A DNA stretch of 64,000 bases from an uncultured Gemmatimonadales bacterium (GTDB taxonomy: Bacteria > Gemmatimonadota > Gemmatimonadetes > Longimicrobiales > RSA9), in the NCBI GenBank assembly GCA_963741945.1, contig CAVUKA010000001.1:608001-672000 (forward strand), given 5' to 3'. Of the stretch, positions 62,816 through 64,000 are shown piece after piece; the stretch's first letter is position 1; each line of letters starts with the position of its first letter. The translations under genes were made by a program, and so were the position numbers. The notes under the pieces were generated by a model. It did no database searches, was not told the origin of the DNA, and worked only from the letters and a program-made list of their open reading frames with translations.

Positions 62816-63172
62816 TCCCAGGAGGAGGGTGCGCTTTCCGACAACGCTGGTCTGTTTGTGAGCACTGTCAAGCGCCGCATCTCGTCACGAACTTGGTTTG
62901 GCTTCAGTCGGTATAATTTCCGCCGCGGACCCCAAGCACTATTACGGGGTGCCCCGGTCACGCGGCGGATGGCGGTGCGCCACGGCCAGGCCCGCCGCAC
63001 TTCTGCGTTGACGTCGAGGGCCTAACTCGCGCCGGGCTCGCGGTACTTCTTGTACGCGACCGCACAGCGCCGTGGCGTCGCGGGACCAGGAAATCGAGCA
63101 CCAGTTAGCGCCCGGATTGTCGTTCTGCATTGAAAATGGGTGTTCCGGTCGTGGTTGGTGCGTGTGCAGCGC

Positions 63173-64000
63173 TCAGGCGCTGAGGACGACCGAGCGCCGC
63201 TCTCCCGACTCGGCGTTGCGCCCGCACAGTTCCCCGCACCGCGCGCTCAGCAGGTCCATCCGCTCCCGCAGCGCGGCCGCCAGGATGTGGGCGATGCGCT
63301 CGGTGCTGTTCGGGTGCAGCCCGTCGCCAATGGGAACGCGGAGGCGGAGCACCAGCGGGTCGCCTGGGCAGGCGCGGTCGCAGAGGGGAAGTCCAGCTTC
63401 CACACGGTCCCGGGGGCGCCGAACACGTCGTCGCTGGCGGCGGCCGCCGTGGTGACCTCCATGTGCACGAGCCCGAAGCCGGGCGCGGCATCGGCGAGGA
63501 CCGCCTGGACCCGCTCGAGGTCCGGCGCCACCTGGAGCACGCGGGCCAGGTCGTGGGCCGCGATCTTGTCGCGAATCACCGCCCTCGCCCGTCGCGGCCC
63601 GGACGCCACCACCTTGCCGGCCAGCAGGAACTCGTCGTAGCCGAGGCCGCGCATGCCGGCGACGACCACGGCGATGGAAGCGATGCCGCCGAGGCCGGCG
63701 ATGAGCGAGAGCTCCCGCGGCGGGGAGAAGCCCAGGAGGATGCCGAGGCCGGCGAACGCGGCGGCGAACACGTACAGGACGAGCACGGCGTCGCGGTGGG
63801 TGAACCCGCGGGCCACGAGCTGGTGGTGGATGTGGCGCGCGTCCGCGCGGGACATGGGAAGGCCGAGCAGCCATCGGCGGCCCATGGCGACGCCCGTGTC
63901 CAGGAGCGGGATGGCCAGGGCGAACAGCGGGACGGCCACGAGCACGGCGGTGGAGCTCTTCATGGAGCCGTGGACGGAGAGCACCGCCAGGCTGAAGCCG
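63173..64000 (-). CDS. MraY/WecA-family glycosyltransferase (5' part outside the window; probable frameshift near 63386)
   Basis: AIPLLDT..AMGRR..ADARHIHHQL motif; the C-terminal domain reads more plausibly in the shifted frame ending at 63173. Confidence 0.85.
   Translation of the reverse strand, partial: RLQPGGALRPRLHEELHRRARGRPAVRPGHPAPGHGRRHGPPMAARPSHVPRGRAPHPPPARGPRVHPPRRRARPVRVRRRVRRPRHPPGLLPAAGALAHRRPRRHRFHRRGRRRHARPRLRRVPAGRQGGGVRAATGEGGDSRQDRGPRPGPRAPGGAGPRAGPGGPRRCRARLRARAHGGHHGGRRQRRRVRRPRDRVEAGLPLCDRACPGDPLVLRLRVPIGDGLHPNSTERIAHILAAALRERMDLLSARCGELCGRNAESGERRSVVLSA

Larger units (their letters stand above)
58075..62950. other. Low-GC cassette within the polysaccharide locus
   Basis: Hand counts: 59761-59820 = 30/60 GC and 60421-60480 = 24/60, versus 57721-57780 = 44/60; boundaries approximate. 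Confidence 0.85.

Noticed and set aside
62912-62917. Perfect TATAAT on the plus strand
   Set aside because: It has no properly spaced -35, is antisense to the locus and is likely a chance match in AT-richer DNA.

Overview
High-GC bacterial chromosomal segment of about 70% GC by eye. Gene content and protein styles suggest Gemmatimonadota, which is an inference. Most of it is a minus-strand housekeeping backbone: tatA, prenyl synthase, hutIH, lptD, tatC, nrdR, tol-pal, LysM, rimI-tsaB-tsaE, uvrB, relA/spoT, radC, nadD and secA. Three plus-strand accessory blocks interrupt it. Block 1 (23.2-31.6 kb) holds a BTAD/TPR regulator, two uncharacterised proteins, a TPR membrane protein and a four-helix-bundle gene. 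Block 2 (34.1-38.6 kb) is a sulfate-activation cluster, cysQ-cysC-SLC13-sat. Block 3 (47.7-51.9 kb) holds CAP, CsgG-like, S8 protease and HTH-remnant genes. The window ends in a Wzx/Wzy polysaccharide locus with a low-GC internal cassette. The most unusual structure is at 30.5-31.6 kb. There an IVP/Avd-like four-helix-bundle gene is bracketed by two direct copies of a composite non-coding element. Each copy is a 23/30-nt tandem array plus a 143-bp unit with a conserved 24-29 bp stem, and its end duplicates the uvrB stop region. No recombinase or reverse transcriptase is nearby. Two other dispersed intergenic repeat families, a candidate SARP-type operator pair, a sigma54-like promoter and leaderless-type starts are also visible. 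Four single-base frameshifts (pal, S8 protease, HTH, wecA) may be sequencing errors. No rRNA, tRNA or CRISPR array was recognised.
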